Below, piece after piece: positions 1 to 10,346 of a DNA stretch of 64,000 nucleotides. The DNA comes from an uncultured delta proteobacterium (GTDB taxonomy: Bacteria > Desulfobacterota > Binatia > Binatales > Binataceae). Location of the stretch: positions 72,990 to 136,989 of the forward strand of contig CAWENP010000001.1 in NCBI GenBank assembly GCA_963810495.1, in the 5' to 3' direction. Every line of letters begins with the position of its first letter. Within the stretch, counting starts at the first letter, position 1. Position numbers and translations under genes: made by a program. A model generated the notes under the pieces. It worked only from the letters and a program-made list of their open reading frames with translations. It did not search any database and was not told the DNA's origin.

Positions 1-10
1 AAAGAGCACG

Positions 11-1069
11 GTGAGCTGCGCCGGACAGCAGGCGGACGCATACACCGCAAGCGATGGGAGCATTCACGTTTGGGTAAGAGGTCCCACCGGTTGGTTCGCC
101 CTGCACTTTCATCCCCTGGGCGACCGCGGACAGGCCGCTCCCGTTTTTCGGCACATTCTTGCAACCTTTGCCTTTATTCCGTTTGCCACATCGCAGAACG
201 CTTATCCGCCGGAAACCGCCCTATTCGAGGGCCTCGCCCATTGGATGCGCCATGAGAGCGGCACAGGATATTTCGGCTGTGAGGATGTGTGCAAGCAGCG
301 GCCTAAGCGTTATCGCCTGTTCAGGATGGAGGCCGACAGCAACGTCGAGTCTCGTAACCCATCCAACGTCGACTACATGAAACAGTTGTCGGAAAAGGTG
401 GTTGCGGTCCTAAACGCAAATGGCTGGAAAAAGTGCAAATCGGTATACGACGACAGCAGCGGTGCCATCACGGACACATATTCAAAGGACGACAGCTTTA
501 TCACAGTCGCGACTGCTTGCTCGCATATCGGAGGTTGCGCAGTAAATATTGCGATGAGCACATCGCGACTGCCGGAAGATCGGACACCGACCCCTAATCC
601 CTCCGTAGCGATAACGCCTAACTGGAAAACCTACAGAAACGACTCGCTTGGGTTCGAAGTAAGCTACCCGCCCAACTGGAAGGTTGTGTGGGTGCAAGCA
701 GGACGCGGAGCGATCACGACCATCGGACAATGCAGCTCTAGAAACTGCCTCAGAATGCGACTCGGTGTTGACCAATACACGGGTGATGCCTTCTATGTTG
801 TGATCACTCCAAAGGAGGACTTCGAGGATACTTGGACGAGGGGCACCGTGGCGAGTTACCGCATAGGTCAATATCCCACGCGTGAAGTGCAGGGCCAAAA
901 CTCACTATGGTCGCTGTGCGGCAGAGGGGTGACGTTGCTAACCACAGAAGGCGGTTATCGATATCAATTTGAACCGCTCGGATCGCCCTTTGTTGACGAT
1001 TCTTTTCGACTCAGAGACGTTTTCTTGAAAATTCTCTCAACGGTCAAAATTAATTCGGTGAACCAATAG
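11..1069 (+). CDS. hypothetical protein; GC drops to ~50% from ~300 onward; true start may be the internal Met near 326
   Basis: 352-aa ORF in track; no recognisable motif; compositional shift relative to flanks. Confidence 0.3.
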   Translation: MSCAGQQADAYTASDGSIHVWVRGPTGWFALHFHPLGDRGQAAPVFRHILATFAFIPFATSQNAYPPETALFEGLAHWMRHESGTGYFGCEDVCKQRPKRYRLFRMEADSNVESRNPSNVDYMKQLSEKVVAVLNANGWKKCKSVYDDSSGAITDTYSKDDSFITVATACSHIGGCAVNIAMSTSRLPEDRTPTPNPSVAITPNWKTYRNDSLGFEVSYPPNWKVVWVQAGRGAITTIGQCSSRNCLRMRLGVDQYTGDAFYVVITPKEDFEDTWTRGTVASYRIGQYPTREVQGQNSLWSLCGRGVTLLTTEGGYRYQFEPLGSPFVDDSFRLRDVFLKILSTVKINSVNQ

Positions 1070-1375
1070 ACCTGCCTTCTCATGTGGCTAGGGCTGAAGC
1101 CAAAGCTTCGGATGGGGCAACGTGATGCGGTCGGCACCAAAATCCACCGGCTCGTCGACCACGAAAGACCAATTGAAACAGCCGCGGCCCTCGACCATTT
1201 ACCTTCCGCGGATCGGCTCGCCGGCTTCGAGCAGGCGCACGAGTGGAGGAGTAGCCAGGATCCCATGTTGGTCCAGGATGCTGTCACAGTGCTCACCAAC
1301 ATCGGTGGATACAAATCAGACTTGCGCGCGGCCGAGGCAGCGCCTAAAGCCGCGCAGGACCGCGAAAGCAACTCT

Positions 1376-1990
1376 TTACGCTGAGCCCAGGAGTACACTT
1401 GCGACAGTACATATCTCGTGCAGGAGCGTCGCGTAAAATTCTTCGGCCGTCGTGAACAGTTCTCGCGGCGGCATCGTCACGCGATCGGTGAGCGAGCTGT
1501 AGAATGCCTTCGAACCTGCGGTTTCGAGTTCCGGACGCTGCGGCATGTTGGCGACAATCAATTCCGCCGCGTCGATCGGATCATGCTCGTGCGCCTCGAT
1601 CTTCGGCAGTTTGTCGATCACACCCTGCGGCAGGTCGCATTGTTCGAGATTGAAAACGCGGTAATGGCGTAGAAGAAACCGGCGCTGGGCTTCTTCGTTT
1701 CCGGCGTCGTCGGTCTCGTCTTCCTTCTGGTCAATCCTCCAGAAAACGATGACGGTGCTTTGCTCGCCCCTGCGGACGCTTCCGCCAAGCTCGTTCGCTT
1801 GTCTGATCGTTAACCAGAGCGGCGAGACATACTTGCTCGCGGATAACAAAAAGTGGTTGATGCCCCGATAGGGCTTTTTCGTAACGAGATTGCGCGGCAG
1901 TCCGCCAGAGGTCCAAGGCCTACGCCACGGCACAACGCCAGCCTCCAGCATGGCAACGATCTTGTCGGTTACGATTTGGTACACGTCCAT
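1376..1990 (-). CDS. ardC: ArdC-like antirestriction protein, N-terminal ssDNA-binding domain (DUF1738); C-terminal metalloprotease part lost after the LLHE motif (frameshift/truncation)
   Basis: MDVYQIVTDKIVAMLEAGVVPWRRPW...YRGINHFLL matches the ArdC_N signature; the ORF ends at FYATLLHE, where ArdC normally continues with HExxH... Confidence 0.55.
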   Translation of the reverse strand: MDVYQIVTDKIVAMLEAGVVPWRRPWTSGGLPRNLVTKKPYRGINHFLLSASKYVSPLWLTIRQANELGGSVRRGEQSTVIVFWRIDQKEDETDDAGNEEAQRRFLLRHYRVFNLEQCDLPQGVIDKLPKIEAHEHDPIDAAELIVANMPQRPELETAGSKAFYSSLTDRVTMPPRELFTTAEEFYATLLHEICTVASVLLGSA

Positions 1991-2252
1991 TTTGTCTCTC
2001 CTGTCCCTAAAAAGGGAATTTTTCCGTCGTCCCTCTCACAACAGGACCGAGGGCGACGAAAAATTCGGAAATCAGGAATCTTGGACTGCGACGGCGCAAA
2101 GCTTCGCGGACGCAGGCGAGGACGCTTTCACCTGGCCGAGGCCGCGCGGCGCGACAAGCCACAATGAGTTATTGTTCGTTGCTACTTTGGGGGTGGGCGA
2201 CTAGGCGAAAAAAAGGAGAGATGCCTCGCGTGGTGGAAGCCCTCGGATTCAG

Positions 2253-2830
2253 ATGGTTCATTCCGACATGCGGCAAATAGGGGGTCCATTGCGCCGCCGA
2301 AAAAAGCCTTTCGAGTCAAAAGCGTGCACGAACGTCGCGTTTGCAACCACGAACCGTCGGAGCTGGCCGACCTCTTACAAATGGAAGTCGAAGTACGGCG
2401 GGTTGGAGATCTTGCACGCGAAGCAGCTCAAGGCGCTGGAGGATGAGAATCGGTAATTGAAGCGGCTGTTGGCGGACTCGCTCCTGGACAACGCAACGCT
2501 CAAGGGCCTGCTCGGAAGAAACGTCTGAAGCCTGCGGCGCGGCGAGTAGCCGTGATTCGGGTGATGGAGCGTCACGGGCTGAGTCAGCGGCATGCGTACG
2601 AATTGGTGGGGCTGGATCGTGCGACTCTGCGCTACCGGTGCAGACGACCGGACGACTCGGCAGTGAGGCAACGACTCCGAGAGCTGGCCTCGGGGCGGGG
2701 GCGCTTCGGGAATCGGCGATTTGGGGTGGATGCCGGCGCGGGAAGGTCGCGCACTGAATCACAAGAAACTCTATCGACTGTACGGCGAGGAGCGGCTGAT
2801 GGTGCGCCGACGCAGGTCGTTTCTGTAGCG
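2253..2830 (+). mobile_element. IS3-family insertion sequence remnant (OrfA C-terminal leucine-zipper fragment plus ~90 codons of the OrfB N-terminus, with stop and frameshift; truncated at both ends)
   Basis: KWKSKYGGLEILHAKQLKALEDENR*LKRLLADSLLDNATLKGLL (OrfA-like); ERHGLSQRHAYELVGLDRATLRYR...LRELASGRGRFGNRRF then EGRALNHKKLYRLYGEERLMVRRRRSF in the next frame (OrfB start). Confidence 0.55.
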
Positions 2831-2950
2831 GAGGGCGCGACGCGAATGCGCTTACCAGCCGGCAAGGATCGCTCGTTCCGGCGCCGTGCGCGCTTCGCCT
2901 TCAGTTCGTTTAGTCATATAGCGCCGTGCATAGCTGCAGCCGGACGAGGT

Positions 2951-3811
2951 TCAGCGGAGCGAATCGCATGTGCTTAGCGCCTTAGTCGCGGTTCGTCGCG
3001 CGTAATCGAGCTGCCGCCTGAACGCGCCTTTTTTTGATAGGTCGCGGGCAGTCAGTATTTCGTCCCTGATTTGTTGTTCTGAGAGGCCGCGGCTTGCGGC
3101 GTATAGAGCCCACGCCATGTCAGCGCAATGCAGATCCCCGCTGTATCGAGGATCCGAGTGGAACTCAGTGAGGGGCCGTATCGAATCTTCGGTCGAAGTC
3201 CAACGTGAGATCGTCCACTCCGCGCGTTCGGCACGGGCCTTCTCTTCGAGCGATTTCACTTCCTCGAGAAATTCGCGCGCTGCGCTGTAAGAGCGGCCCT
3301 CGCATTCATGCAATCGTACGAATGGTTGGAGACCATTGCTCAAGCGCCGCTTCGGCTTCTGGTTCGTGAAACCGGCGAGCCGACCAAAGTGGCGCCAATC
3401 GGCGCTGGAAGGATCGCCTCCGAAGCGACGGGCCAATTCCTTAGCTGCTTGGGTGCTGAACGTGTGATCGGAGAGCACTCGTCCGTGGTTGACCCATACC
3501 TGAAAGTTGCCGGACGAAGTCTCTACGACGACAGCTGGCTGAAAGCCCGCCTCTTTCATCGCAGCGATCGCTTCAGCGCTGACATCATCGACCACGCTGA
3601 GAGCATGAGCGCCGTGTGGGCGGACGAAGATGTGCGCACCGTGTGCATTTTCCCGTCTGAACCAGCTGATTGCCGCGTCGACCTGCTCGGCATTCCAACG
3701 CTCGCGCAGCAACATGCGTCCGTTGCGATGAAAGATGCCAACGTCGAATCGTTGGCATCCCATCGCGGAGAGCTGCTTAGCGACGATCGATCGTGCGATT
3801 GAAGCGCTCAT
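2951..3811 (-). CDS. RepB'-type DNA primase domain protein (RSF1010 RepB' / conjugative primase family)
   Basis: C-terminal 286 aa of the 707-aa ORF: AHGAHIFVRPHGAHALSVVDDV...GFQPAVVVETSSGNFQVWVNH...GGDPSSADWRHFGRLAGFTNQKP; ATG at 3811. Confidence 0.55.
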   Translation of the reverse strand: MSASIARSIVAKQLSAMGCQRFDVGIFHRNGRMLLRERWNAEQVDAAISWFRRENAHGAHIFVRPHGAHALSVVDDVSAEAIAAMKEAGFQPAVVVETSSGNFQVWVNHGRVLSDHTFSTQAAKELARRFGGDPSSADWRHFGRLAGFTNQKPKRRLSNGLQPFVRLHECEGRSYSAAREFLEEVKSLEEKARAERAEWTISRWTSTEDSIRPLTEFHSDPRYSGDLHCADMAWALYAASRGLSEQQIRDEILTARDLSKKGAFRRQLDYARRTATKALSTCDSLR

Positions 3812-3849
3812 TGACACTGCTTTAGGCGGCGCCGTTGGCGGAGAAATTC

Positions 3850-5074
3850 CGCTCAGATTTTGCTGGTCGCTTTTCCCATCGTCGTTGTGCTGTTGCCGTT
3901 CCCATAGCGCGCTGTGCCTGGATTTATCGCCGTTGTATTTGGGGCGCGCGACGGCATGACCGACGTGCCGCGAACATCCTTGGGTGCCGGCACGCGCTGT
4001 CCGCTGTCGGGACCAAGATTGCTCAGTTGTTGCGTTTGCCGACCAAAGTCCATTGCGTTGACCCAGCCGGCGCGCTTCGCTGCTATTGCCCGCGCTGCCG
4101 CTGCCGAGTTGCGCGGCCTTGTTGAATCCGGTCTGGAGCGCGCTTGTGATCGGCCGAATGACGGTTTGAGCGATAAATGCAGCTTCGAAAGCATGGCTCA
4201 GAGCGAGGCCGACTGTGCCGCCGGCAATACTGGCCGCCATGTGTACGGAACAGCAATGCTTACGATCATGAAGACAATGGCACCCGCCGTGTAGTTGAGC
4301 ATTGCCGATACCGGTATGGCTTCCCGAACAAACTGTCGTAACGATTGAGCTGGGCGGAACTCCGTAAGTGGTCCACCAAGGCAGAGTCGCGGGAATTGGT
4401 TTGCAGGCAGCGATCAACGCGGCGCTCCATTGGTTGGCCATCTGCACTCCGATCGCCAGAACGAGATAGAAGAAGAGAAGTCTGACGCCGACACGGATGA
4501 CGTAGCCGAAGTAGCCTTCTGCTGCCGGAGCCGTGAAGCGGTTTGCGCCAAAGCCCAAGCAGGATGCACTCCACCGCCCACGACCAGATAAGATTCGATC
4601 AGGGTGAGCAGCAGCATCGCCGCCGTGATCACGAATGAGAGAAGGACGACGAAGGCGGATATGCTTTGAACGATTGCGAGCTCGAAGTTCGTCATCATGC
4701 TGGCGTTTGCCGGAGAGTTGAAAATCGTGTTGGCCATGTTGGCGCCGATATGCGAGCACGGTCTGTGGACTGAGGGCGGGTAGACCGGTGATAGATGCAC
4801 CGATGGCGGAGAAGCTCTTGAGCACAGCATTCATCCACGAGAATGCGTTGACGATCATCAAGTAGACGAACCCACCGCTCAGCACTTGTTTGATGAGCCG
4901 GCCTAGGAAATGTGGTGCGTCAAGCTGACCTTCGGCGGTGAATTGAATCCAGGTTACGAGGATGTCGATCAGCAGAAGCGCGATAAAGAGCTTGAGCGCA
5001 TAGGGTTGGATGGCAGCGCTGTAATTGAGGCCTGCGTTGTAATATTGGGCTGCAATTGCATCGAAGCCGCTCAT
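3850..5074 (-). pseudogene. trbL: TrbL/VirB6 conjugal transfer protein, reading frame switches at least twice (around 4740 and 4560)
   Basis: TrbL-like N-terminus MSGFDAIAAQYYNAGLNYSAAIQPYALKLFIALLLIDILVTW in one frame; hydrophobic continuation ELAIVQSISAFVVLLSFVITAAMLLLTLIESYLVVGGG in ORF 4414..4830; the middle of the 707-aa ORF is R/H-rich out-of-frame text. Confidence 0.5.
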
Positions 5075-5328
5075 GATTGTGGACCTCCAAAAGAAGTCTT
5101 CTTTTATGGCTGTGGCGGTGGTGCCCCGGCGTAGCGTTGAGAAAGTCGGGAAGGCCCGAGGGTGCGGGCGCGCTAAAGATCTGAGCGTGCTTGTTCTTCA
5201 GCGACCTGTCGCTGATAGAGATGCCAGACGCCGTAAAGCGACTGCGCATACTCCGATGATCGCCAAGACCAAGATCGACGGGTTCTTCTGCCTTTGATTC
5301 ATTCTCTTACGACTGCTCGCATCAATTG

Positions 5329-6048
5329 CTAAGGTTGCGGCGGCGGTGGTCGCGAGCCGCAGCAGTGCAAAGAGTCCGGAGTGCCGGCCGGCGCAGGCGC
5401 AGAGAATAATGCTTGCGCCGCAAGATTGCTTTGCACCTGATTGTTGACCTGGTTCGCCGCCGCGACGTTCTGCGAATTCATCTCGGCCATCACGAGCTGG
5501 CGGAGCATCTGAACCTGCTGTACCTGCGCGAGCGCGATTTCGTTGCTGACCTGAACCGCCTGCAGATTACCTATCGCCGTTTGGTTCTTGAGCTCAAGGG
5601 TTTGCAGCGTGGCTTGTTCGGCCTGGAAGTTCTGGGCCTGCGCCTGCGCTGAAGCGAGCGCACCGTTGAGCGTGTTCAGCGTGGTATCGATCGTCGTTTG
5701 CGGACTCTGGACTCCTGCGGTCGAGGCAGCGTTGAAGCCCGGATAGAGTTGCTGGAACTGCTGCGTCAGGCCCTGAAAGGTGTACGAAAGCCCTTCCTGC
5801 TGATTGATCAGATTGCCGAGGTTCGTGAGCAGATTCTGGTTCGACTGCCAGACCCCTGCGCCGCCGCCGGTCGTGTTCTTGATCGCGTACTGAAGTTGCT
5901 GCGCGAGGTTCGTGACGGTAGCGGTTTCCTGCTGAAGCTGCTGGAGCTGGCGGGCGAACATATTCGGGTCGAAGACAATCTGCGTGCCGCCTCCGAACTG
6001 GGCGCGGGCAGGAACGGACCTTCCGAACAGACAAACCAACGCGGCCAC
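5329..6048 (-). CDS. trbJ: TrbJ/VirB5-like conjugal transfer protein; the signal-peptide N-terminus (MKCTK.. at 6088) is in a different frame, implying a frameshift near an A-run
   Basis: IVFDPNMFARQLQQLQQETATVTNLAQQLQ and a Q/N-rich coiled coil typical of TrbJ; upstream in-frame text reads KALAHFLAIVAALVCLFGRSVPARAQ (signal peptide) but hits a stop at 6085. Confidence 0.65.
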   Translation of the reverse strand: MAALVCLFGRSVPARAQFGGGTQIVFDPNMFARQLQQLQQETATVTNLAQQLQYAIKNTTGGGAGVWQSNQNLLTNLGNLINQQEGLSYTFQGLTQQFQQLYPGFNAASTAGVQSPQTTIDTTLNTLNGALASAQAQAQNFQAEQATLQTLELKNQTAIGNLQAVQVSNEIALAQVQQVQMLRQLVMAEMNSQNVAAANQVNNQVQSNLAAQALFSAPAPAGTPDSLHCCGSRPPPPQP

Positions 6049-6268
6049 GATCGCGAGGAAATGCGCGAGAGCTTTTCGTGCACTTCATTGATGTATCTCC
6101 CTTTGATTGAGCTTCCCGTTGGTATGGAACGGAATTCCCGTTCACTCCGATGATCGCTTCTAACGGGCGTCTCGACATGACCGTGGAGTTTGTCGAGGTA
6201 CTCCGCCCAGTCGTGCAATCCGCGCGCGCGAAGCCATTCGACGGTCCAGCGATCGCCGTGCTGTTCGA

Positions 6269-8500
6269 TCATCCGTCGCGCGGCGAGTACATCGTCCTTC
6301 GATCCCGCGCCGATAAAGGCGAGCGCCGCAGGACCGAGCGAGAACTGGAACAGCCGCCGCCCGAGCGGCGAAACGTAATAGTAGTGCCGCTTGGGAGTGG
6401 CATCGGCGACGATGTCGATCTGCCGATCGGAAAGTCCGAATCGTCGGTACATCTCCGGCTCGCGGTGTTCTTCGCCTCGGGATTCGGCAGATAGAGCTTC
6501 GTCGGACAGGACTCGAGAATCACGTCGCGATGAGGCGAATTGGCAATTTCGCTCAGGCTCTGCGTCGCGAGCACCACCGCGGCGTTCTTCTTGCGCAGCG
6601 TGCGAAGCCACTCCTCGATCTTCGCGCCAAAGACGCTGTTGGTGAGCATGATCCACGCTTCATCGAGGATGATGAGCGTGGGTCTGCCGTCGAGGCGCTG
6701 ATCGATGCGGTGGAAGAGATAAGTGGCGACGGGCACGACGACCTTCGGCCCCATCGCCATCAACGTTTCGAGCTCGAAGGTGACGAAGCGCCCTTCGAGC
6801 AGAACGTCATGGTCGGCGTCAAGGAAGCGCCCGAGCGGACCCGCGAGCGAAAAGGCGCTCAGCCCGTCGCGCACGACATTGTCCTGCACCTGGGTGACGA
6901 GGTTGCTGATGGTGCGCTGCTCCGGCGGACCTTCCGCGACCAGTTCAAGCGCGCGCCACAGCGCCTTGCGCTGATTCGGAACGAGTCGAACGCCCTGAAG
7001 TTCGAGCCAGTCTTCGAGCAGTCCCTGCAGCTTCATCCGGTCGGTCTCGTCGTCGATGCGCGCGAGCGGTTGCAGCGGAACCTCGTCCTCTCCGAGATCG
7101 AGATGCTGTCCGCCGAGAGCCTTGGTCAGAACGTAGGCAGAGTAGCCCTTGTCGAAGAAGAAGACCTGCCCGTCAGGAACTGCACGGAAGTTCGCCGCGA
7201 TCGTGCCGAGCGCGACGCTCTTGCCGCTCCCCGTTGGACCGTAGATGCCGGTATGACCGGTATCGCCAACATGCAGGTTTAGCCGGAAGGGCGTGCTGCC
7301 CGTGGTCGCGCCGTAGCAAAGCGCCGGCGTGTTCTTCGGATAGTAGGGGCACGGGTTGGTCGCGAGCCCCGCCCAGATGCTCGTTAGCGGCAGAATGTCG
7401 GCGAGGTTCTGAGTGTTAACCAGCGGGCGGCGCACGTCGTACCAGCCGTGTCCCGGGAGCGAACCGAGCCACGCTTCGACTGCGTTGATGGTTTCGATGC
7501 GCGGATCGAAGCCCATGTTCTGGCAGACCTTGAAGACCAGCTGCGCGTTCTCATCGGCAACGTCGGCCCGGTCTTCGGTGATGATCACCTTTGGCGTGAC
7601 GTAGCAATATCGAACCGCGCCGCCCTCGGCCTCGGTGATCGCCTCGTCGGCGTCAGCCGCCATCTTGAGCGCATGCTGGTTCTGAAAAGCTGCTCCCGCG
7701 CCGGAGCCGAAATGTTCGCTGATGATGCCGCGCAGTCCGAGTCGCTTCTGGAACCAGTTGCGCCGATACACGGTCAGCTGGCTGATCGCCGTCCGCGGGC
7801 CTACGGGAATCCCGCGCGTTGAGTAGCGATAAGAGATCGGCAGTTCGCTCAGGAACGCGGCCATCTCCGCGTAGGAGAAGGGCGGGAACCCGGCCAGCGC
7901 GACGACGCGGATGTGCCTGCCGCCGATGCGCGGTTTGAATCCCGCGATCAAATCCTGATTGCCGAGAACCGCGTCCAGATAGGTTGGCGTTCTCGGCGCG
8001 GCGATTTCGCACATCCGCCCGTTGATGCAGCTCGCGAGATGCGAAAGCAAAGCATCCATCCGGAGCGGAGTCAGTTTCCAGACCGGGCTGATCGCATCTT
8101 CAAACTCGCGGAGTCTCTGCTTGAACCATCCGAGCTGTCGCCGCCAGTCGGCACGCTTCGGCGTGCCCGAGAGGAAGACGCCGGCGATCCGCGTTTGCGC
8201 GTCGGCCGGCGGGCGATACGTGATCGTGAGAACGCATCTTGTCTCGAAGTGCTGGCCCTCCTCCGAATATTGAATCTCCCGCTCGCGATCGAGCGTCGCG
8301 CTGACCGGATCGGGAAACGTTCGGCTCGGGTATTCAACGCTCGGATGACGGATGAGGTCGACGTTGTACATGAAGCCGTCGTCCAGACGCGCAAGTGCGC
8401 GATTGGCCTGCGCGCGATGGGCGTCGAGTTCTTCGACGCTCGCAGAATTGAGGTCGAGCCCCGAGCACTCGAAGGCCGACAGGAACGCGCCGTCCTTCAT
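6269..8500 (-). CDS. trbE: TrbE/VirB4 conjugal transfer ATPase; N-terminus (8501-8606) and C-terminus (~6164-6480) lie in other frames, so at least 2 frameshifts
   Basis: Walker A GPTGSGKS; MFLKEFKDLRRKRDKLLGLPDQLNYAIP (TrbE N-terminus) in ORF 8334..8606; C-terminal ATPKRHYYYVSPLGRRLF...WLRARGLHDWAEYL in ORF 5808..6656. Confidence 0.75.
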   Translation of the reverse strand: MKDGAFLSAFECSGLDLNSASVEELDAHRAQANRALARLDDGFMYNVDLIRHPSVEYPSRTFPDPVSATLDREREIQYSEEGQHFETRCVLTITYRPPADAQTRIAGVFLSGTPKRADWRRQLGWFKQRLREFEDAISPVWKLTPLRMDALLSHLASCINGRMCEIAAPRTPTYLDAVLGNQDLIAGFKPRIGGRHIRVVALAGFPPFSYAEMAAFLSELPISYRYSTRGIPVGPRTAISQLTVYRRNWFQKRLGLRGIISEHFGSGAGAAFQNQHALKMAADADEAITEAEGGAVRYCYVTPKVIITEDRADVADENAQLVFKVCQNMGFDPRIETINAVEAWLGSLPGHGWYDVRRPLVNTQNLADILPLTSIWAGLATNPCPYYPKNTPALCYGATTGSTPFRLNLHVGDTGHTGIYGPTGSGKSVALGTIAANFRAVPDGQVFFFDKGYSAYVLTKALGGQHLDLGEDEVPLQPLARIDDETDRMKLQGLLEDWLELQGVRLVPNQRKALWRALELVAEGPPEQRTISNLVTQVQDNVVRDGLSAFSLAGPLGRFLDADHDVLLEGRFVTFELETLMAMGPKVVVPVATYLFHRIDQRLDGRPTLIILDEAWIMLTNSVFGAKIEEWLRTLRKKNAAVVLATQSLSEIANSPHRDVILESCPTKLYLPNPEAKNTASRRCTDDSDFPIGRSTSSPMPLPSGTTITFRRSGGGCSSSRSVLRRSPLSARDRRTMYSPRDG

Positions 8501-8624
8501 CGCGATTGTGTAGTCGTCGATCGGGAATTGCGTAGTTGAGCTGGTCGGGCAGCCCGAGCAGCTTGTCGCGCTTTCGTCTTAAATCCTTGAACTCTTTGAG
8601 AAACATATTCCCACCTCTCCACCA

Positions 8625-8966
8625 TTACGCGCGCATCTCCTTCGGTGTCGGTACAGACGGCCGGATTCGGGGTGGCGACGCAGAGATTGAGGCGCGAGCC
8701 GGATAGTAGTCCTGGTAGCGGACGTGCCGGACGTAGACCCGGCTGAGCTGGGGATCGAACTTCGCCGCCTGAACCAGCGCCCAATGCCCGACCGTCAGCA
8801 GGAACGCTCCCATGGCGATCGTGTACCAGTGGAGTCCGCCGCCAAGGATCAAGGCGGCGGCGGTGATCCAGTTTGCGATCGCCAGAGGACGTTCCGCTCC
8901 CGCCAGAAGAATTGGCTGGGTGAGCGATTGATGAATCGCGCTTACCCGCCGCTCGCTTTCCGCCAT
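8625..8966 (-). CDS. trbD: TrbD/VirB3 conjugal transfer protein
   Basis: 113-aa membrane protein between TrbC and TrbE; LLAGAERPLAIANWITAAALIL is VirB3-like. Confidence 0.65.
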   Translation of the reverse strand: MAESERRVSAIHQSLTQPILLAGAERPLAIANWITAAALILGGGLHWYTIAMGAFLLTVGHWALVQAAKFDPQLSRVYVRHVRYQDYYPARASISASPPRIRPSVPTPKEMRA

Positions 8967-8979
8967 CGGCCCATCCTCC

Positions 8980-9363
8980 CTAAAAGAGCGCTCCGCCGAG
9001 CGGAAACAGCGTCGTCATCAGCTGCGTCGCGCCCAGCGCGCACGAGCCGCCGAAGGCGAGCGACGACATCTTCCGCACGCCGGTTCCGTGTTCGCTGACC
9101 GACCACATGATCCCGGTACCGATGATCGCGGCGGTGGTGATCGCGTGAGCGACCGGACCCTGCAGGTCGTTCTGCAGAGTCGTGAGTGGCGCGTCCCACG
9201 GCAGTGCGCCGCCAGCCACCGCGGCGAACGCTCGCGCAGGCCAGGCAACGGTCAGAACGCCGAAGGCGTACGTGACCATTGATGCCCACTTTGCCAACAA
9301 ACCTTTCATCTCTTTCAAACGCTTCATTTTGCGAACCTCCTTGGTTGATTGAATAAACCTCAA
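8980..9363 (-). CDS. trbC: TrbC/VirB2 pilin
   Basis: Small protein with signal peptide and two hydrophobic segments, immediately downstream of trbB and overlapping its stop. Confidence 0.65.
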   Translation of the reverse strand: MRFIQSTKEVRKMKRLKEMKGLLAKWASMVTYAFGVLTVAWPARAFAAVAGGALPWDAPLTTLQNDLQGPVAHAITTAAIIGTGIMWSVSEHGTGVRKMSSLAFGGSCALGATQLMTTLFPLGGALF

Positions 9364-10265
9364 GCTCTGATGGCTTCGAGTCCTTGATCCGGCTTCACTG
9401 GGGTTAGTGAGAATCCGTCGCCCGCGTTGTATCCGGCGACGCGGACAAGTTCCGTGACTCGTCGTCCTGCAGGCGTGCGGACGATGAAGACGAGCAGATT
9501 GATCGTTTCGGCGATTAGCTCTGGCTGAGGCGGAACGCCGGCCTCCTGCACAAGGCTCGAAAGCCTCGTCAGCGCGGCCTTCGCGCTGTTGGCGTGGATC
9601 GTCGTAACGCCTCCCGGATGGCCGGTGTTCCAGGCTTTCAGCAACGCGAGAGCTTCCGCGCCGCGCACCTCGCCGATGATGATGCGATCGGGGCGAAGCC
9701 GCATCGTCGTCCGGACGAGACGCGTCATATCGGCGCTTTCAGCCGTGTGAAGTTGAGCGAGATTATGGGCGCGGCACTGGATTTCGAGGGTGTCTTCGAT
9801 AATCACGTAGCGTTCGTTCGGGTCGGAGCGCTCGACCATTTCATTGATCATCGCGCCGGCAAGCGTCGTCTTGCCGGAGCCGGTGCCTCCGGCGACGACG
9901 ATATTCAGACGCTGGTCAATTGCTTCGCGCAAAACCTCGGCATGTGTCTTGTCGAGAATGCCATCGCGAATGTAATCGTCGAGCGTGTAAAGCACATGCG
10001 CAGGCTTGCGCATCACGCAGCAGGGCTTTCTTGCGACTGGTGGTAGGAGGCCTTCGAAGCGAATGCCATCGATTAGCAGTTCACCCTCTATGATCGGACT
10101 GTTCGTGTTCGCCACGGTTCCAAGCGACGCCGCGACGGTTCCGATAAGGCTCTCGACCTGCGAGGCTGCGAGCCGCAGGCCGGCTTCGTGCATACCTTTG
10201 CCGTAGGATTCGAACCAGACGCGGCCGTCCTCGTTGATGATGATCTCGGTGATCTGCGGGATCGC
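9360..10265 (-). CDS. trbB: TrbB/VirB11 conjugal transfer ATPase; first ~25 codons missing (in-frame stop at 10266), suggesting an N-terminal frameshift
   Basis: Walker [12 protein letters not shown]; RFEGLLPP...[12 protein letters not shown]; upstream in-frame [18 protein letters not shown] matches TrbB but ends at a stop codon. Confidence 0.75.
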   Translation of the reverse strand, partial: AIPQITEIIINEDGRVWFESYGKGMHEAGLRLAASQVESLIGTVAASLGTVANTNSPIIEGELLIDGIRFEGLLPPVARKPCCVMRKPAHVLYTLDDYIRDGILDKTHAEVLREAIDQRLNIVVAGGTGSGKTTLAGAMINEMVERSDPNERYVIIEDTLEIQCRAHNLAQLHTAESADMTRLVRTTMRLRPDRIIIGEVRGAEALALLKAWNTGHPGGVTTIHANSAKAALTRLSSLVQEAGVPPQPELIAETINLLVFIVRTPAGRRVTELVRVAGYNAGDGFSLTPVKPDQGLEAIRA

Positions 10266-10346
10266 CTATCGCCGCCAGAATTCTTGTCCCGAGTTGGCGT
10301 CTGAGGAGTTCGTCCAGGCGTCGTTCCTGAAGCTGCTGCGCCGAAA

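Noticed and set aside
2951-5074. 707-aa ORF as one TrbL-primase fusion protein
   Set aside because: Its middle third is Arg/His-rich nonsense, while a second frame (4414..4830) carries the TrbL hydrophobic core. It is better explained as a frameshifted TrbL followed by a separate primase gene starting at 3811.
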